From Alphaproteobacteria bacterium (GTDB taxonomy: Bacteria; Pseudomonadota; Alphaproteobacteria; Bin95): a stretch of 64,000 nt of DNA. This document shows, one piece after another, positions 1-10,927 of this stretch. Where the stretch lies: the NCBI GenBank assembly GCA_963665325.3, contig CAXXWS020000002.1, positions 288,001 to 352,000 on the forward strand, written 5' to 3'. Positions within the stretch are counted from its first letter, which is position 1. The number at the start of each line of letters is the position of its first letter. The position numbers and the translations under genes are program-made. The notes beneath the pieces are model-generated. The model did no database searches, was not told where the DNA came from, and saw only the letters and a program-made list of their open reading frames with translations.

Positions 1-703
1 CGAACCGGGCGAGGCGGGGATCGACTGGGCCGTGCTGCCGGCGCGAGACCGGCGAAAACGCCTGCTGATTGCCGACATGGACTCGACGATGATCGTCGGC
101 GAAACGCTGGACGAACTGGCAGCGGAAGCCGGAATTGGGGAGCGCGTTGCCGCGATCACCGCGCGCGCCATGAATGGCGAGCTCGATTTCGAAGCCGCGG
201 TCCGCGAGCGGGTCGGCCTGCTGGCCGGGCTGCCGCTGGCGGCGGTGGAGCGAGTGCTCGTGCGCCTCCGTCCCGCGCCGGGCGCGCGCGCCGTCGTCGC
301 GACGATGCGCGCTTCGGGCGCCCACTGCATGCTGGTGTCCGGTGGCTTCACCCTGTTCGCGGAACCGGTGGGCGCGCGGCTCGGTTTCGACGAGGTGCGG
401 GCCAACCGGTTGGAGGTGCAGGACGGCCGGCTGACTGGCCGGGTGCTGGAGCCGATCCTCGGCCGGGACGCGAAGCGCCGCGCGTTGGAGGATCGCCGGA
501 CGACGCTTGGCCTGGCGCCCGGCGAGACGCTTGCGGTCGGCGACGGGGCCAATGACCTCGCCATGCTGGCCGCCGCCGGTCTCGGCGTTGCGTTCCGCGC
601 CAGGCCTGCGGTGGCGGCGCAGGCCCGCATCCGGGTGGACTGGGCCGGTCTCGGCGCCTTGCTCTACCTGCAGGGCTTTGCGCGCGCCGAGTTTGTAACC
701 TGA
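1..703 (+). CDS. serB: phosphoserine phosphatase SerB (5' end truncated by window edge)
   Basis: HAD motifs IADMDSTMI, VSGGF, VGDGAND; frame open from position 2. Confidence 0.92.
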   Translation, partial: EPGEAGIDWAVLPARDRRKRLLIADMDSTMIVGETLDELAAEAGIGERVAAITARAMNGELDFEAAVRERVGLLAGLPLAAVERVLVRLRPAPGARAVVATMRASGAHCMLVSGGFTLFAEPVGARLGFDEVRANRLEVQDGRLTGRVLEPILGRDAKRRALEDRRTTLGLAPGETLAVGDGANDLAMLAAAGLGVAFRARPAVAAQARIRVDWAGLGALLYLQGFARAEFVT

Positions 704-716
704 GCGCCGTCAGCCG

Positions 717-2264
717 TCAGTTGGCCTGCCGCTTGAGGAAGGCCGGGATATTGAGCTGCTCATCGTCCTCCGCGGGGGCCGGCACCGCATTGCCACTGCC
801 GATGCTTACGTCCAGAACGGAAGGCTCCTTCGAAGTTTCTTCGGTTTCCCGTCCCAGGAGGCCGGGCAGTCCGAACCAGCCGCGCCGCTGCGGCGCCGGC
901 GCCGACGGCGTTTCCTCCGGCTTGGCGACAGTGGGCCGGTTGCTGAACAGCTGCGTCTTGCGCGGCGCGACCGCCCCTTCCGGCAGGAAGGGCCTGCCAT
1001 AGGCCGCCTTGCGGGCCGGCACCGGCTCGGGATCGTCCGTCTGCGCTGCGGCGGGCTTGATCTCGGGCGTCGCCCCTTCTTCTTCCACCTTTTCCTCCGG
1101 CTCGTCCGCAGCCCCGATCGCGGCCTCCGCCGGGACCTCTTCCTCGCCGGTCCCGACAGCCGCCACTTCCTCGGCCGGCTCTTCCGGGACACCCGCCGGT
1201 TCCCCCTTCACGGTCGTTTCCGCCATGTCCTCCTCCGCAGGCAGCGGAACGGTCCCGACATTCGAGGCGACCGGATCGGTGATGCGCTTGAATTCGGTGT
1301 CGATGCCCGTCGCGACCACAGAAACGCGTATCTTGTTGTTCATGCTCTCGTCGAGTGTCGAGCCGAACACGATATTGGCGTTTTCGTCCACCTCGCGGCG
1401 AATGCGGTTGGCAGCCTCGTCCACTTCCAACAGGCCCATGTCGAAACCGCCGGTGATGTTGATGAGCACCGCCTGTGCGCCCCGCATGGACGTGTCGTCC
1501 AGAAGCGGGTTATCGATGGCGGCTTCGGCTGCATCGATGGCCCGGGTTTCTCCGTCGGCTTCGCCGGTGCCCATCATCGCCTTGCCCATCTCGCGCATGA
1601 CGGAGCGTATGTCGGCGAAGTCGAGATTCACCAGACCCGGCTTGATCATCAGATCGGTAACGCCTCGCACACCCGACTGCAGCACCTCATCCGCCATCTG
1701 GAACGCTTCGGCCAGCGTCGTCCGCGGGTCGGCGACCTGGAACAGGTTCTGGTTCGGGATGACGATCAGCGTATCGACGAACTTGGCCAGTTCCTCGATA
1801 CCGTTCTCGGCGGCGCGCATCCGGCGCGTACCCTCGAAATTGAACGGCTTGGTTACGACGCCCACCGTCAGCACACCGTGCTCTCGCGCCGCCCTCGCGA
1901 TGACCGGGGCGGCGCCGGTGCCGGTGCCGCCGCCCATGCCGGCGGTGATAAAGAGCATGTGGCAGCCTTCGACTTCCGCCATGACTTCGTCCAGCGCTTC
2001 CTCGGCGGCCGCGCGACCGATATCCGGTTCGGCGCCGGCTCCAAGACCGTTGGTCAGGTTCGCGCCGAGTCGGATGCGGTTCGGAGCGTCGGACAGGCCG
2101 AGTGCCTGAGCGTCGGTATTGGCGACGAGGAACTCGACACCCTGGAGGTCGGAGCGGATCATGTTGTTGACCGCATTGCCTCCCGCTCCGCCGACCCCGA
2201 TTACGGTGATTCGTGGCCTCATCTCGACATAGTCGGGCGGAGAGTGGAAGTTGATTGTGCTCAT
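717..2264 (-). CDS. ftsZ: cell division GTPase FtsZ with long acidic linker
   Basis: [16 protein letters not shown] tubulin signature, C-terminal [12 protein letters not shown]; start set at ATG 2264 behind a CAGGAG RBS. Confidence 0.97.
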   Translation of the reverse strand: MSTINFHSPPDYVEMRPRITVIGVGGAGGNAVNNMIRSDLQGVEFLVANTDAQALGLSDAPNRIRLGANLTNGLGAGAEPDIGRAAAEEALDEVMAEVEGCHMLFITAGMGGGTGTGAAPVIARAAREHGVLTVGVVTKPFNFEGTRRMRAAENGIEELAKFVDTLIVIPNQNLFQVADPRTTLAEAFQMADEVLQSGVRGVTDLMIKPGLVNLDFADIRSVMREMGKAMMGTGEADGETRAIDAAEAAIDNPLLDDTSMRGAQAVLINITGGFDMGLLEVDEAANRIRREVDENANIVFGSTLDESMNNKIRVSVVATGIDTEFKRITDPVASNVGTVPLPAEEDMAETTVKGEPAGVPEEPAEEVAAVGTGEEEVPAEAAIGAADEPEEKVEEEGATPEIKPAAAQTDDPEPVPARKAAYGRPFLPEGAVAPRKTQLFSNRPTVAKPEETPSAPAPQRRGWFGLPGLLGRETEETSKEPSVLDVSIGSGNAVPAPAEDDEQLNIPAFLKRQAN

Positions 2265-2307
2265 CGGGTTCTCCTGTCTGGACGTCGTGCTGGCAGGGGT
2301 TTCCAAG

Positions 2308-3546
2308 TCATATGTGCTGGCGCATCCACGCGCCGAAGCGGCCGAACAGATGGGTGGAAGCGGGAGTCAGGTTCGGCATGGTCAATGTCGCCGCCGCATT
2401 CCCGCCCCCGGCGTGAACGAGCAGGCCGGCACAGGCGGCATAGGCCGGACCGGTCCGCGAGTCGGCAATTCGGAAGGGCGGCCCGACCGTTCCGGTGCGG
2501 ACCTGCCGTTCCAGAATCAGTTCGCCCAGCCGCGCGGCGCCGACCAGCTGGCTCGCTCCGCCGGTGAGGACGACCCGCCGGCCCGCTTCCAGGCGGGCAT
2601 AGGTTTCGTCCAGGCGGGCTCGAACGCGCTCGAAGGTCTGTTCCGTTCGCGGGGTAACGATCTGTCTCAAATAGGGCGGCACCACGTGGTGCCCGTTCTT
2701 CCGGAAGCTCTCTTCCGCGCCGGGCGCCTGCAGCGAATCCGTCTCGAAGGGCGAGCCGCTCAGGCAGCTTGCTTCCTTCACCTTGATTTCCTCCGCCTCG
2801 CGGAAGCTGAGCGAGAACGCGTATGCGACATCTTCGGTCAGCCGCGCGCCGCCCTTCTTCAACACATCTACGAATGTCACGCCGCGGTTGTTGAAGACCG
2901 CGATCCCCGTGGTCCCGCCGCCCATGTCCGCCACGGCTATACCGAGTTCGCGGTCCTCTTCGCCAAGCACCGCCAGGCCGGCCGTGTAGGGTGCCGGGAG
3001 TATCCCGGCGACATCGACATGGGCCGCCTTGACGCAAGCTTCGAGGTTGGCGATCGGGCCGGCTTCGGCGGTGATCGCATGCAGGTCGATTCCGATGCGG
3101 CTGCCATACATGCCGAGCGGGTTTTCGATGCCGTCCACGCCGTCTACCGCGTAATCCAGCGGCCGGACCAGAAGCAGGCGGCGGTCCTTGGTGTCGATGC
3201 GCGCATAGGCGGCGATCTGAATCCCGCGAATATCGGCGGGAACGATTCTCGGCCCGGCAACCGGGAGCTCGACGCGAATGCGCTGGCTCGCTGGGCGTCC
3301 CCCGCTGGTCGCCACATGAATCTGTTGGACTTCGACCCCGGCCATCCGCTCGGCCTGCGAAACCGCCGTGGCGATGGCCTGGCCGGCGGCGTGGATATCG
3401 ACGACCGCCCCTTCGAGGATGCCGCGCGATGCGCGATCGCCGATGCCGATAACGTCGTAACGCCCCTGTTCGGAGACCCTGGCAATGAAGCAGCAGATTT
3501 TGGTGCTGCCGACATCGAGCGCTGCGACGATGTTCTCCCGCGCCAT
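2308..3546 (-). CDS. ftsA: cell division protein FtsA
   Basis: [27 protein letters not shown]; amphipathic C-terminus; dcw position. Confidence 0.95.
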   Translation of the reverse strand: MARENIVAALDVGSTKICCFIARVSEQGRYDVIGIGDRASRGILEGAVVDIHAAGQAIATAVSQAERMAGVEVQQIHVATSGGRPASQRIRVELPVAGPRIVPADIRGIQIAAYARIDTKDRRLLLVRPLDYAVDGVDGIENPLGMYGSRIGIDLHAITAEAGPIANLEACVKAAHVDVAGILPAPYTAGLAVLGEEDRELGIAVADMGGGTTGIAVFNNRGVTFVDVLKKGGARLTEDVAYAFSLSFREAEEIKVKEASCLSGSPFETDSLQAPGAEESFRKNGHHVVPPYLRQIVTPRTEQTFERVRARLDETYARLEAGRRVVLTGGASQLVGAARLGELILERQVRTGTVGPPFRIADSRTGPAYAACAGLLVHAGGGNAAATLTMPNLTPASTHLFGRFGAWMRQHI

Positions 3547-3550
3547 GGCT

Positions 3551-4336
3551 TCAGCTCCGTTCTGCGGTCGTGTTGCCGGCCATGCGCAGAACCATTCGGC
3601 CGTCGAAACGCATGTCGATATGGGCAATGTCGCCATCCAGCAGCTGCCGTTCCCGGTCTATCTGAGCCAGACGCGCCCACGCGGCCTCGGTGCCGTCTTC
3701 CGGCAGCTTGATCTCGATTCGCCAGTCGAGATGAACGTTCCAGCGCCGCCCCGACACATAGGAAAGCCCGGTGATGCGCCGCGCGATGTCGCGTTCCTTT
3801 CGCAGCATGGCAAGCATGGCGGGCGCGGCGCCGGCGGCGCCGTCGCCGCGGATCACGGGCAGGTCGGCATAGGCGCGCGGGTCCGCGGCGGCGATGGGCT
3901 TGCCTCTCTCATCGACAACCGCAAAGTCCTTGCCCCGGTCCCAGACCGCCAGCGTTTCGCGCTCGATCAGGCGAATGACCAGTACGTCGGGAAGTGCCCG
4001 TTCGACTTCGACTTCCTGCACCCAGGGCAATGCCTCGACGCGCGTTCGCGCGGCACGAATATCCACCGCGAGAATGGGCGATCCGGCGACGGCGCCGACC
4101 GCGCTGCGGATTTCCTCGCGGCTCGTCCGCTTGCGGCCGATGACCATCACTTCTCGAACCCCGAATCCGGCGCGGGCCGACAGGGCGAGCGCCCGATCCA
4201 TGGCGGTCCGGATGTGATGGGCGGCCCACTCAGTCTCGGCCGTGCGGTAGGCGGCCGCCGCCACTGCCGCAAGCAGCAGCACCGCCCCCAGGCGCCAAAG
4301 GCGCCGCCGGCCTGACCGGCCCTTCAGAAATCGCAT
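3551..4336 (-). CDS. ftsQ: cell division protein FtsQ
   Basis: N-terminal TM helix, POTRA-like LPWV..VER.LPD, RRWN, IDMR; between ddl and ftsA. Confidence 0.9.
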   Translation of the reverse strand: MRFLKGRSGRRRLWRLGAVLLLAAVAAAAYRTAETEWAAHHIRTAMDRALALSARAGFGVREVMVIGRKRTSREEIRSAVGAVAGSPILAVDIRAARTRVEALPWVQEVEVERALPDVLVIRLIERETLAVWDRGKDFAVVDERGKPIAAADPRAYADLPVIRGDGAAGAAPAMLAMLRKERDIARRITGLSYVSGRRWNVHLDWRIEIKLPEDGTEAAWARLAQIDRERQLLDGDIAHIDMRFDGRMVLRMAGNTTAERS

Positions 4337-5226
4337 CGCGCAGCCTCCGTCATCAGTTGCACGAGGCTCGGGAAATCGATGCCCGCATAAGCGGCAATTT
4401 CCGGCACCAGGGAGAGCGGCGTCAGGCCCGGCTGGGTGTTGACCTCCAGCAGGTAGAGCCCGCCGTTCTGCTCGTCGTACCGGAAGTCGGCGCGCGTGAC
4501 CGACCGGCAGCCAAGCGCCATGTGGGCGCGTTCGGCGATGTCGAGTGCCTGGGCCGCCACCTCGTCATCTACCGGCGCCGGAATCAGGTGGTCGGCGCGC
4601 TCCTCGGTATATTTCGTGTCGTAGTCGTAAAAGCCCTGGTAGGGGCGGATTTCGAGCACGCCCAGCGCCCGGTCGTCATTTACCGCAACGGTGAGTTCGC
4701 GCCCCGGAATGTATCGCTCGACCAGGGCCTTCGTGCCGAACGGCCAGGTCTCTGCTGTCAAGGGAACCGCGTTGGAACCTTCTTCGACAATGATGATGCC
4801 GACGCTGGATCCCTCTGCGACCGGCTTGATCACATAGGGCGCGGGCATCGTGTCATGCGCATCTTCGCAGGACACCACCGCGCCTTCCGGCACGGAGATG
4901 CCGGCTGTCCGGAAGACGGCCTTCGACGCCGCCTTGTCCATGGCGAGAGCGGAGGCGCGAATGCCGGAATGGGTATAGGGAATTCCCATCAGTTCCAGCA
5001 GGCCCTGGATGCAGCCGTCTTCGCCGAAGCGCCCGTGAAGGGCGTTGAACGCCGCGTCGGGAGCCGGTGTCAGGCGTGCCGCCAGGGCCGGGACATCGGC
5101 CCCGACATCGATGGGATCGACGCAGTAGCCGAGCGTCGCAAGCGCTTCGCACACGGCTTGCCCCGTCACCAGCGAGACCTCGCGTTCGGCGGAAACGCCG
5201 CCCATGAGTACAGCGATCCTATTCAT
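4324..5226 (-). CDS. ddl: D-alanine--D-alanine ligase
   Basis: GGVSAEREVSL, LHGRFGEDG, GSSVG, LEVNTQPG. Confidence 0.96.
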   Translation of the reverse strand: MNRIAVLMGGVSAEREVSLVTGQAVCEALATLGYCVDPIDVGADVPALAARLTPAPDAAFNALHGRFGEDGCIQGLLELMGIPYTHSGIRASALAMDKAASKAVFRTAGISVPEGAVVSCEDAHDTMPAPYVIKPVAEGSSVGIIIVEEGSNAVPLTAETWPFGTKALVERYIPGRELTVAVNDDRALGVLEIRPYQGFYDYDTKYTEERADHLIPAPVDDEVAAQALDIAERAHMALGCRSVTRADFRYDEQNGGLYLLEVNTQPGLTPLSLVPEIAAYAGIDFPSLVQLMTEAARCDF

Positions 5227-6131
5227 GCCGGGCACGCTCCCCGGCGGCCGACGCGCTCGATCTCCCAGTCGAGGCCGACGCCGGTGGAGGCGAGCACGCG
5301 CGCCCGGACGTCTTCGGCCAGGTCTTCGAGGTCGGCGGCGCTGGCAGCGCCGGTATTCACGAGGAAATTGCAGTGCATTTCGGAGACCATCGCTCCCCCG
5401 TGCTTCAGCCCACGGCAGCCGGCCCGGTCGATCAGCTCCCAGGCCTTGGCGCCTTCCGGGTTCCGGAAGGTGGAGCCGCCCGTGCGGGTGCGGATCGGCT
5501 GGCTCGCTTCCCGAGCGGCTGCGATCTCGGCCATGGCGGCGCGGACTTCGTCGCAGGGGCGCTTGACGCATCGGAAGCGGGCCGAGAGGAAAATACGGTC
5601 TTTCCCGAGCGCATTGCCGCGGTAGCGGAAGCCGAAGTCCGCGTTGAAGAGGCGTTCGACTTCGCCCCGGCGCGTCATCGCATCGGCGTCGATCAGCGCA
5701 TCGGCGGTTTCGCGGCCGTAGGCGCCGGCGTTCATGGCGAGCGCGCCGCCGACCGTGCCCGGTATGCCGGAAAGGAACTCGAGCCCTCCGAGCCCGGCGT
5801 CCGCTGCGGTGCGGGCGACATTGGCGCAGAGCGCGGCCGCACCGGCGGCAACGGTTTCGCCCTCGGTCCGGATGTCGGCAAAGCCGCGGCCGAGCCGCAG
5901 GACGAGGCCGTCTATGCCGCCGTCCCGGACCAGGGTGTTCGAAACAACGCCGAGCACCGTCAACGGCACGTCATCGGGCAGTCCCGCCAGCAGCACCTGC
6001 AGGTCGGCCCGGTCCACGGGGCGAGCCATCGCCTCGGCGGGCCCGCCGACCCGGAACCAGGTGATCCGGTCGAGCGGGGCCGAGCGGGTCATGCGCCCCC
6101 GAATGCAGGGCAGGGGGAAGCGCGGGGTCAT
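5223..6131 (-). CDS. murB: UDP-N-acetylmuramate dehydrogenase
   Basis: FRVGGPA, GIPGTVGGALAMNAGAYG, GSTFRNP, HCNFLVN. Confidence 0.95.
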   Translation of the reverse strand: MTPRFPLPCIRGRMTRSAPLDRITWFRVGGPAEAMARPVDRADLQVLLAGLPDDVPLTVLGVVSNTLVRDGGIDGLVLRLGRGFADIRTEGETVAAGAAALCANVARTAADAGLGGLEFLSGIPGTVGGALAMNAGAYGRETADALIDADAMTRRGEVERLFNADFGFRYRGNALGKDRIFLSARFRCVKRPCDEVRAAMAEIAAAREASQPIRTRTGGSTFRNPEGAKAWELIDRAGCRGLKHGGAMVSEMHCNFLVNTGAASAADLEDLAEDVRARVLASTGVGLDWEIERVGRRGACPA

Positions 6132-7513
6132 TGCCGGGCCTCCCGGAGCGTATCCGGCAGGGCGTGCGCCCAGGCCGTGATGGAGCCGGCGCCGAGGCAG
6201 ACGATGGTGTCGCCCGGTGCGGCCCATGATCCGGCGCAGGCCGCAAGGTCGTCGGGGCCGTCGATCGCCGCCACATCCCGGTGCCCGCCTGCCCGCGCCG
6301 CGGCCACTAGCGCATCGCGGTTCGCGCCCGCGATCGGGGACTCTCCGGCGGCATAGACGGGCGCGATCAACACCTTGTCCGCTTCGGAGAAGCAGTGCGC
6401 GAAATCGTCCAGCAGGGCGCTCAGGCGGGTGTAGCGGTGGGGTTGCATGACCGCCATGATCCGTCCGCCGCCGGCCAGGCGGGCGGTGGCGAGCACGGCC
6501 GCTATTTCGGTCGGGTGGTGGGCGTAGTCGTCTATGATCCGCACACCGTCCACCTCGCCGGCGAGCGTGAAGCGGCGCTCGACACCCCGGAACTCCGCGA
6601 GCGCGCGGCGAATGGCGTCCTCCGGCAGGCCCAGAAGATGACCGACCGAGACCGCGGCCAGTGCGTTCTCAGCATTGTGGCGACCGGGCACGCCTATCCG
6701 AAGGCCTTCGATTGTCACGAGGCCGGACACATCGAGCCTGCTGCCAGCAGGGTTCAGCGCCAGCGCGCTGGCGCGAATGTCGGCGTCGGGCGCAAACCCG
6801 TAGCGAACGACCGGCCGCCGGCACGTCTTTGCCAGCCGGCGCGAGCCATCGTTGTCCACCGAGACGATGGCGCTGCCGAAGGCAGGCACGGAGTCCGCGA
6901 ACCGGGCGAAGCAGGCCTCGATCTCGGCGAGGTCGCGGTAATGCTCCATATGCTCGGCTTCGATATTGGTGATCACGGCCAGGGTCGCCGGCAGGTTGAG
7001 GAAGGACCTGTCGCTCTCGTCCGCTTCGATGACCGCCCAGGGGCCGCTGCCGAGCTTTGCGTTCGATCCGAACCCTTCGAGGACTCCGCCGTTCACCACC
7101 GTCGGGTCCACGTTGCCGGCTTCCAGGACTGCCGCGATCATCGCGGTGGTCGTGGTCTTTCCGTGCGTGCCGGAAACGGCAATCGACCATGAGAGGGAGG
7201 CGATGGCCGCAAGCGCCTCTGAGCGGTGCAGCACGGGCAGGCCGCGCCGAAGCGCCTCCTGCCGTTCCGGGTTGTCGTCCGGAACGGCTGTCGAGACCAC
7301 GACTGCCGCTGCATCGCCGAGATTGGCGGCGTCGTGGCCGATCCGGATCGTCAGACCGAGCGTCTCCAGCCGGGCCGTGTTGGCGCTTGCCGAGGCGTCA
7401 CTGCCGCTGACCGGGCAGCCGAGCCGGTGCAGCAGTTCGGCGATGCCGCTCATGCCGATGCCGCCGATCCCGACGAAGTGGAGCGGCCCGAAAGGAAGGG
7501 GTAGAGGCCTCAT
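6128..7513 (-). CDS. murC: UDP-N-acetylmuramate--L-alanine ligase
   Basis: HFVGIGGIGMSG, GTHGKTTTT, EADESD, DDYAHHPTE. Confidence 0.96.
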   Translation of the reverse strand: MRPLPLPFGPLHFVGIGGIGMSGIAELLHRLGCPVSGSDASASANTARLETLGLTIRIGHDAANLGDAAAVVVSTAVPDDNPERQEALRRGLPVLHRSEALAAIASLSWSIAVSGTHGKTTTTAMIAAVLEAGNVDPTVVNGGVLEGFGSNAKLGSGPWAVIEADESDRSFLNLPATLAVITNIEAEHMEHYRDLAEIEACFARFADSVPAFGSAIVSVDNDGSRRLAKTCRRPVVRYGFAPDADIRASALALNPAGSRLDVSGLVTIEGLRIGVPGRHNAENALAAVSVGHLLGLPEDAIRRALAEFRGVERRFTLAGEVDGVRIIDDYAHHPTEIAAVLATARLAGGGRIMAVMQPHRYTRLSALLDDFAHCFSEADKVLIAPVYAAGESPIAGANRDALVAAARAGGHRDVAAIDGPDDLAACAGSWAAPGDTIVCLGAGSITAWAHALPDTLREARQ

Positions 7514-8547
7514 GACGCCGCCTCCCGGACTTCCGACAGGACGAATTCGGCCAGGGCGTCGGCGGCGTCCGGCCTGCCGAATTGCCGCGCGCCGGCCGCC
7601 GCGCGGACGAGTCGCTCGGGGTCTGCGATGCAGGCTTCGACGAGGTCCCGCAGCCGGTCGGGGGTAAAGTCCCGGTCCCCGATCAGCCAGCCGCCGCCAG
7701 CCTCTATGACCGCGCGGGCATTGGCGCTCTGGTGGTCGTCGGTTGCATAGGGATAGGGCGCGAAGACTGCAGGCCGGCCTGCTGCCGCAAGTTCGGCGAC
7801 TGTGGAGGCCCCGGCCCTGGCGATGACCAGATGCGCCTCGCCGAGCGCGCCCGCCATGTCTTGGATGAACGGTTCGAGCTGTGCCTCGACGCCCTCGCGG
7901 CGATAGGCGCCGCGCGCCGGCTCTAGGTCTTCCACCCGGCATTGCTGACGCACGGCGACGCGGCCGGCAAGGGGGCCGAGGGCCTCGGGCAGCACCTCGG
8001 AGAAGATGCGTGCGCCCTGGCTTCCGCCGAATACCAGCACCCTCAACGGCTCACCCGGCGCGGGAGGCGCATAGGGCCGGTTACGCAGCGCCGCGATCTC
8101 GGGCCGGACGGGATTGCCGACCAGGCGGTCGCCCATGCCGGGATAGCTGGCGGCGACCTTGACCCTGCCGCGAGCCAGCAGCCGGTTGGTTCTGCCGAGC
8201 AGGGCGTTCTGCTCGTGCAACACGGTGGTCAGCCCGAGCCACCGGGCGGCGACCACGGTCGGCGCGGAAGGATAGCCCCCGAAGCCGACGACCGCGCGCG
8301 ACCGCGTCTTTGCGAGCACCTTGCGGGCGTCGAAGATGCCGAGTCCGAGTTGCACGATGCCTCGCAGGCTGCGGGGCGGTCCGGCGCGGATGGTATGCAC
8401 CGGCGCGTCCCCGGCGAACACGGCGCCGCGACTGTCGGTGACGGCGATGGCTGCCTCGCCTCGCGCGGCAAGGCAGGCGGCGAAGGCGCGGGCGGGGAAC
8501 ACATGGCCTCCCGTGCCGCCGGCAGCGATGGCGATCGGGCCGGCCAT
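7510..8547 (-). CDS. murG: lipid II GlcNAc transferase MurG
   Basis: AGGTGGHVFP, HEQN, GNPVR, FGGSQGA, RAGAST. Confidence 0.96.
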   Translation of the reverse strand: MAGPIAIAAGGTGGHVFPARAFAACLAARGEAAIAVTDSRGAVFAGDAPVHTIRAGPPRSLRGIVQLGLGIFDARKVLAKTRSRAVVGFGGYPSAPTVVAARWLGLTTVLHEQNALLGRTNRLLARGRVKVAASYPGMGDRLVGNPVRPEIAALRNRPYAPPAPGEPLRVLVFGGSQGARIFSEVLPEALGPLAGRVAVRQQCRVEDLEPARGAYRREGVEAQLEPFIQDMAGALGEAHLVIARAGASTVAELAAAGRPAVFAPYPYATDDHQSANARAVIEAGGGWLIGDRDFTPDRLRDLVEACIADPERLVRAAAGARQFGRPDAADALAEFVLSEVREAAS

Positions 8548-9671
8548 CACAACACCTCCGCCTGTCCGTCCCTGCGCCGGTTGAGCGCGAGGACGAAGCC
8601 GAGCGTGATCGAGGCGGCGAACAGCGATGAACCGCCATAGCTGAGGAAAGGCAGGGTCGTGCCCTTGGTCGGGATCACTTCCAACGCCGAGGCCATATTG
8701 ATGAATGCCTGTAGCCCGAAACTTGCAAGCAGCCCGGAGACGGCCAGGAAGGCGAACAGGTTCTCTTCCGCCATCAGGCGAAACGCGCCCCGGCAGACGA
8801 TCAGGCCATAGAGCCCGAGCACGGCGATGCAGACCAGCAGGCCGAATTCCTCGCCCAGGACGGCGAAGATGAAATCGGCATGGGCGTCCGGAAGGGTTTC
8901 CTTGACCGTGCCTTCGCCGGGGCCTTGCCCGACGAGCCCGCCCTGCTTGAAGGACTCGAGCGACCGCCCGATCTGATAGCGGTCTCCTCCGACGCCGTTG
9001 ATGAAGGTATCGACGCGGTTCGAGACGTGGCTGAAGCCGAAATAGGCAATGACGCCGCCGGCGCCTGCGGCCAGAACGAGGCCCGCCAGCGCCAAAAGAG
9101 ACATGCCGGCAAGCGTGAACTGCCCGAACCAGACCGAGACGACCATGAAGGACATGCCGACGTCGGGCTGCAGCAGCAGCGCGCCGACGACGACGGCGAG
9201 CAGCGCTGCCGCAATCAATAGCGCGCGCGAGCCGACGACGACGCGGTAATGCGCGAACAGCCAGGCGGACACGACGGCCATGCCCGGTTTCAGGAATTCC
9301 GAAGGCTGCAAGCCGATGAAGCCGAGCGAGAGCCAGCGCTGGGCGCCCTTGTTCTCCGGCCCGACAAGCGCCGTGAAGAGCGTCAGCAGCAGCGCGCCGG
9401 CGCACACCAGGCCGGCGGTCTGAAGCACTTGGACGGGGCTCAGCAGCGCGCAGACCATCAGCAGGGCGATCGCCACCGGCAGGAACAGTGCGTGCTTGAA
9501 CAGGAAGTGGAAGCGGGGGGCGCCGTTCAGCTCGGCGACGGCCGGTCCCGCCGTCGCGATCAGGATAAGGCCGAAGACGACCAGCGCGACGACGGCGCCG
9601 ACCGTGACGCGGTCCACCGTCCAGACCCACTGGGCGGTCCAGCTCCGGTCGGTGCGGGGCAGGAGGCTCAT
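8547..9671 (-). CDS. ftsW: SEDS peptidoglycan glycosyltransferase FtsW
   Basis: GAQRW, QPSEFLKP, QPD, HADFIF, PTKG.TLPFLSYGGSS. Confidence 0.95.
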   Translation of the reverse strand: MSLLPRTDRSWTAQWVWTVDRVTVGAVVALVVFGLILIATAGPAVAELNGAPRFHFLFKHALFLPVAIALLMVCALLSPVQVLQTAGLVCAGALLLTLFTALVGPENKGAQRWLSLGFIGLQPSEFLKPGMAVVSAWLFAHYRVVVGSRALLIAAALLAVVVGALLLQPDVGMSFMVVSVWFGQFTLAGMSLLALAGLVLAAGAGGVIAYFGFSHVSNRVDTFINGVGGDRYQIGRSLESFKQGGLVGQGPGEGTVKETLPDAHADFIFAVLGEEFGLLVCIAVLGLYGLIVCRGAFRLMAEENLFAFLAVSGLLASFGLQAFINMASALEVIPTKGTTLPFLSYGGSSLFAASITLGFVLALNRRRDGQAEVL

Positions 9672-10927
9672 ACCGCGCCTCCCGCCAGCCCGCGCACGCC
9701 CTCGCGAAAGGCGTCTCCGCGTGCCTCGAAACTCTCCCACTGGTCGAAGGATGCCGCGGCAGGTGCGAGCAGCACGACTTCGCCTGGCCGCGCGTCGCGA
9801 TGGGCGGCTGCCAGGGCGGCGTCGAGGTCGTCGAGGCATTCGCATGCGGCGTAGCCCGAAAGTGCATCCGCGAATGGTGCTTGCGATGCGCCGATGAGAT
9901 ACGCCTTCGCAATCCGGCCGAACCAGGGCCGGAGCGCGTCGAGGTCGTCCGTCTTCGCCTTTCCGCCGGCGATCCAGCGCACGCGCTCGAAACTGGCGAG
10001 CGCAAAGGCCGCCGAGTCCGGGTTGGTCGCCTTGCTGTCGTTCACGTAACGGACCCCGTCGATCTCGCCCACGGTTTCCATACGGTGCGGCAGGCCCTGG
10101 AATTCGGACATGGCGTCGAGCGCATCCCGGCGGTCGATGCCGAGCGCGCCGAGCGCGGCAAGCGCGGCGGCGGCGTTGCGCCGGTTGTGGGGGCCCGGCA
10201 GGCGGGAAAGGGAAGGACCGTCGTCCCCGATTGCGGTAACGGCGCGGCCTTCCGCCCGCAGGCGCCGCGCCAGCCGACGGCACCACGGATCGCTGTCGCC
10301 GATTACAACGGCTGCCCAGTTCTCGAAGATACGCGCCTTGTCGGCGGCGTAGCAGTGCATGCCGCCGTGGCGGTCGAGATGGTCGGGAGCGATATTCAGC
10401 AGCACCGCCACATCGAAGGCGGGGCGCGGCAGGAGCGCGAGTTGGTAGGAGGAAAGCTCGAGGACATACACCCCGCCCGCACCGAGCGCCGGCAGGCCGA
10501 GAGCAGCCGGGCCGAGATTGCCGCCGACGGCATGCGGCAGCCCAAGCCTGTCGAGCGCGTGTCCGATCAGGGCCGTCACGGTCGATTTTCCGTTGGTGCC
10601 CGTGACGCCGACGAAGCGGCAGTCGGGCATGGCTTCGACGAGCAGGGAGATGTCCGCGACGGGCCTCACCCGTGCGGCGTCCGCCCGGACGGCCAGCGGA
10701 TGCGGGCGTGGATGGAGATGCGGTATGCCCGGGCTCCAGACCAGCCGGTCCAGGCCGGACGGGTCGAAGGGCTGCGCTTCGCCGAATTCCCTGCACAGGT
10801 CCTTGCGGTCGTCCCAGACATGGAGATGCGCGCCGGCAGCCGCAAAGGCCGCCGCCGCCGCCCGTCCGGACCGTCCGAGCCCCATGACGCCCACTTCGGC
10901 GCCGCGATATGCCGGCAGCGGAATCAT
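9668..10927 (-). CDS. murD: UDP-MurNAc-L-Ala--D-glutamate ligase
   Basis: [36 protein letters not shown]. Confidence 0.96.
   Translation of the reverse strand: MIPLPAYRGAEVGVMGLGRSGRAAAAAFAAAGAHLHVWDDRKDLCREFGEAQPFDPSGLDRLVWSPGIPHLHPRPHPLAVRADAARVRPVADISLLVEAMPDCRFVGVTGTNGKSTVTALIGHALDRLGLPHAVGGNLGPAALGLPALGAGGVYVLELSSYQLALLPRPAFDVAVLLNIAPDHLDRHGGMHCYAADKARIFENWAAVVIGDSDPWCRRLARRLRAEGRAVTAIGDDGPSLSRLPGPHNRRNAAAALAALGALGIDRRDALDAMSEFQGLPHRMETVGEIDGVRYVNDSKATNPDSAAFALASFERVRWIAGGKAKTDDLDALRPWFGRIAKAYLIGASQAPFADALSGYAACECLDDLDAALAAAHRDARPGEVVLLAPAAASFDQWESFEARGDAFREGVRGLAGGAV

Noticed and set aside
5930-5960. MurB GVVSN instead of the usual GxGSN
   Set aside because: A single substitution in an otherwise intact essential gene, not interpretable without an alignment or reads.
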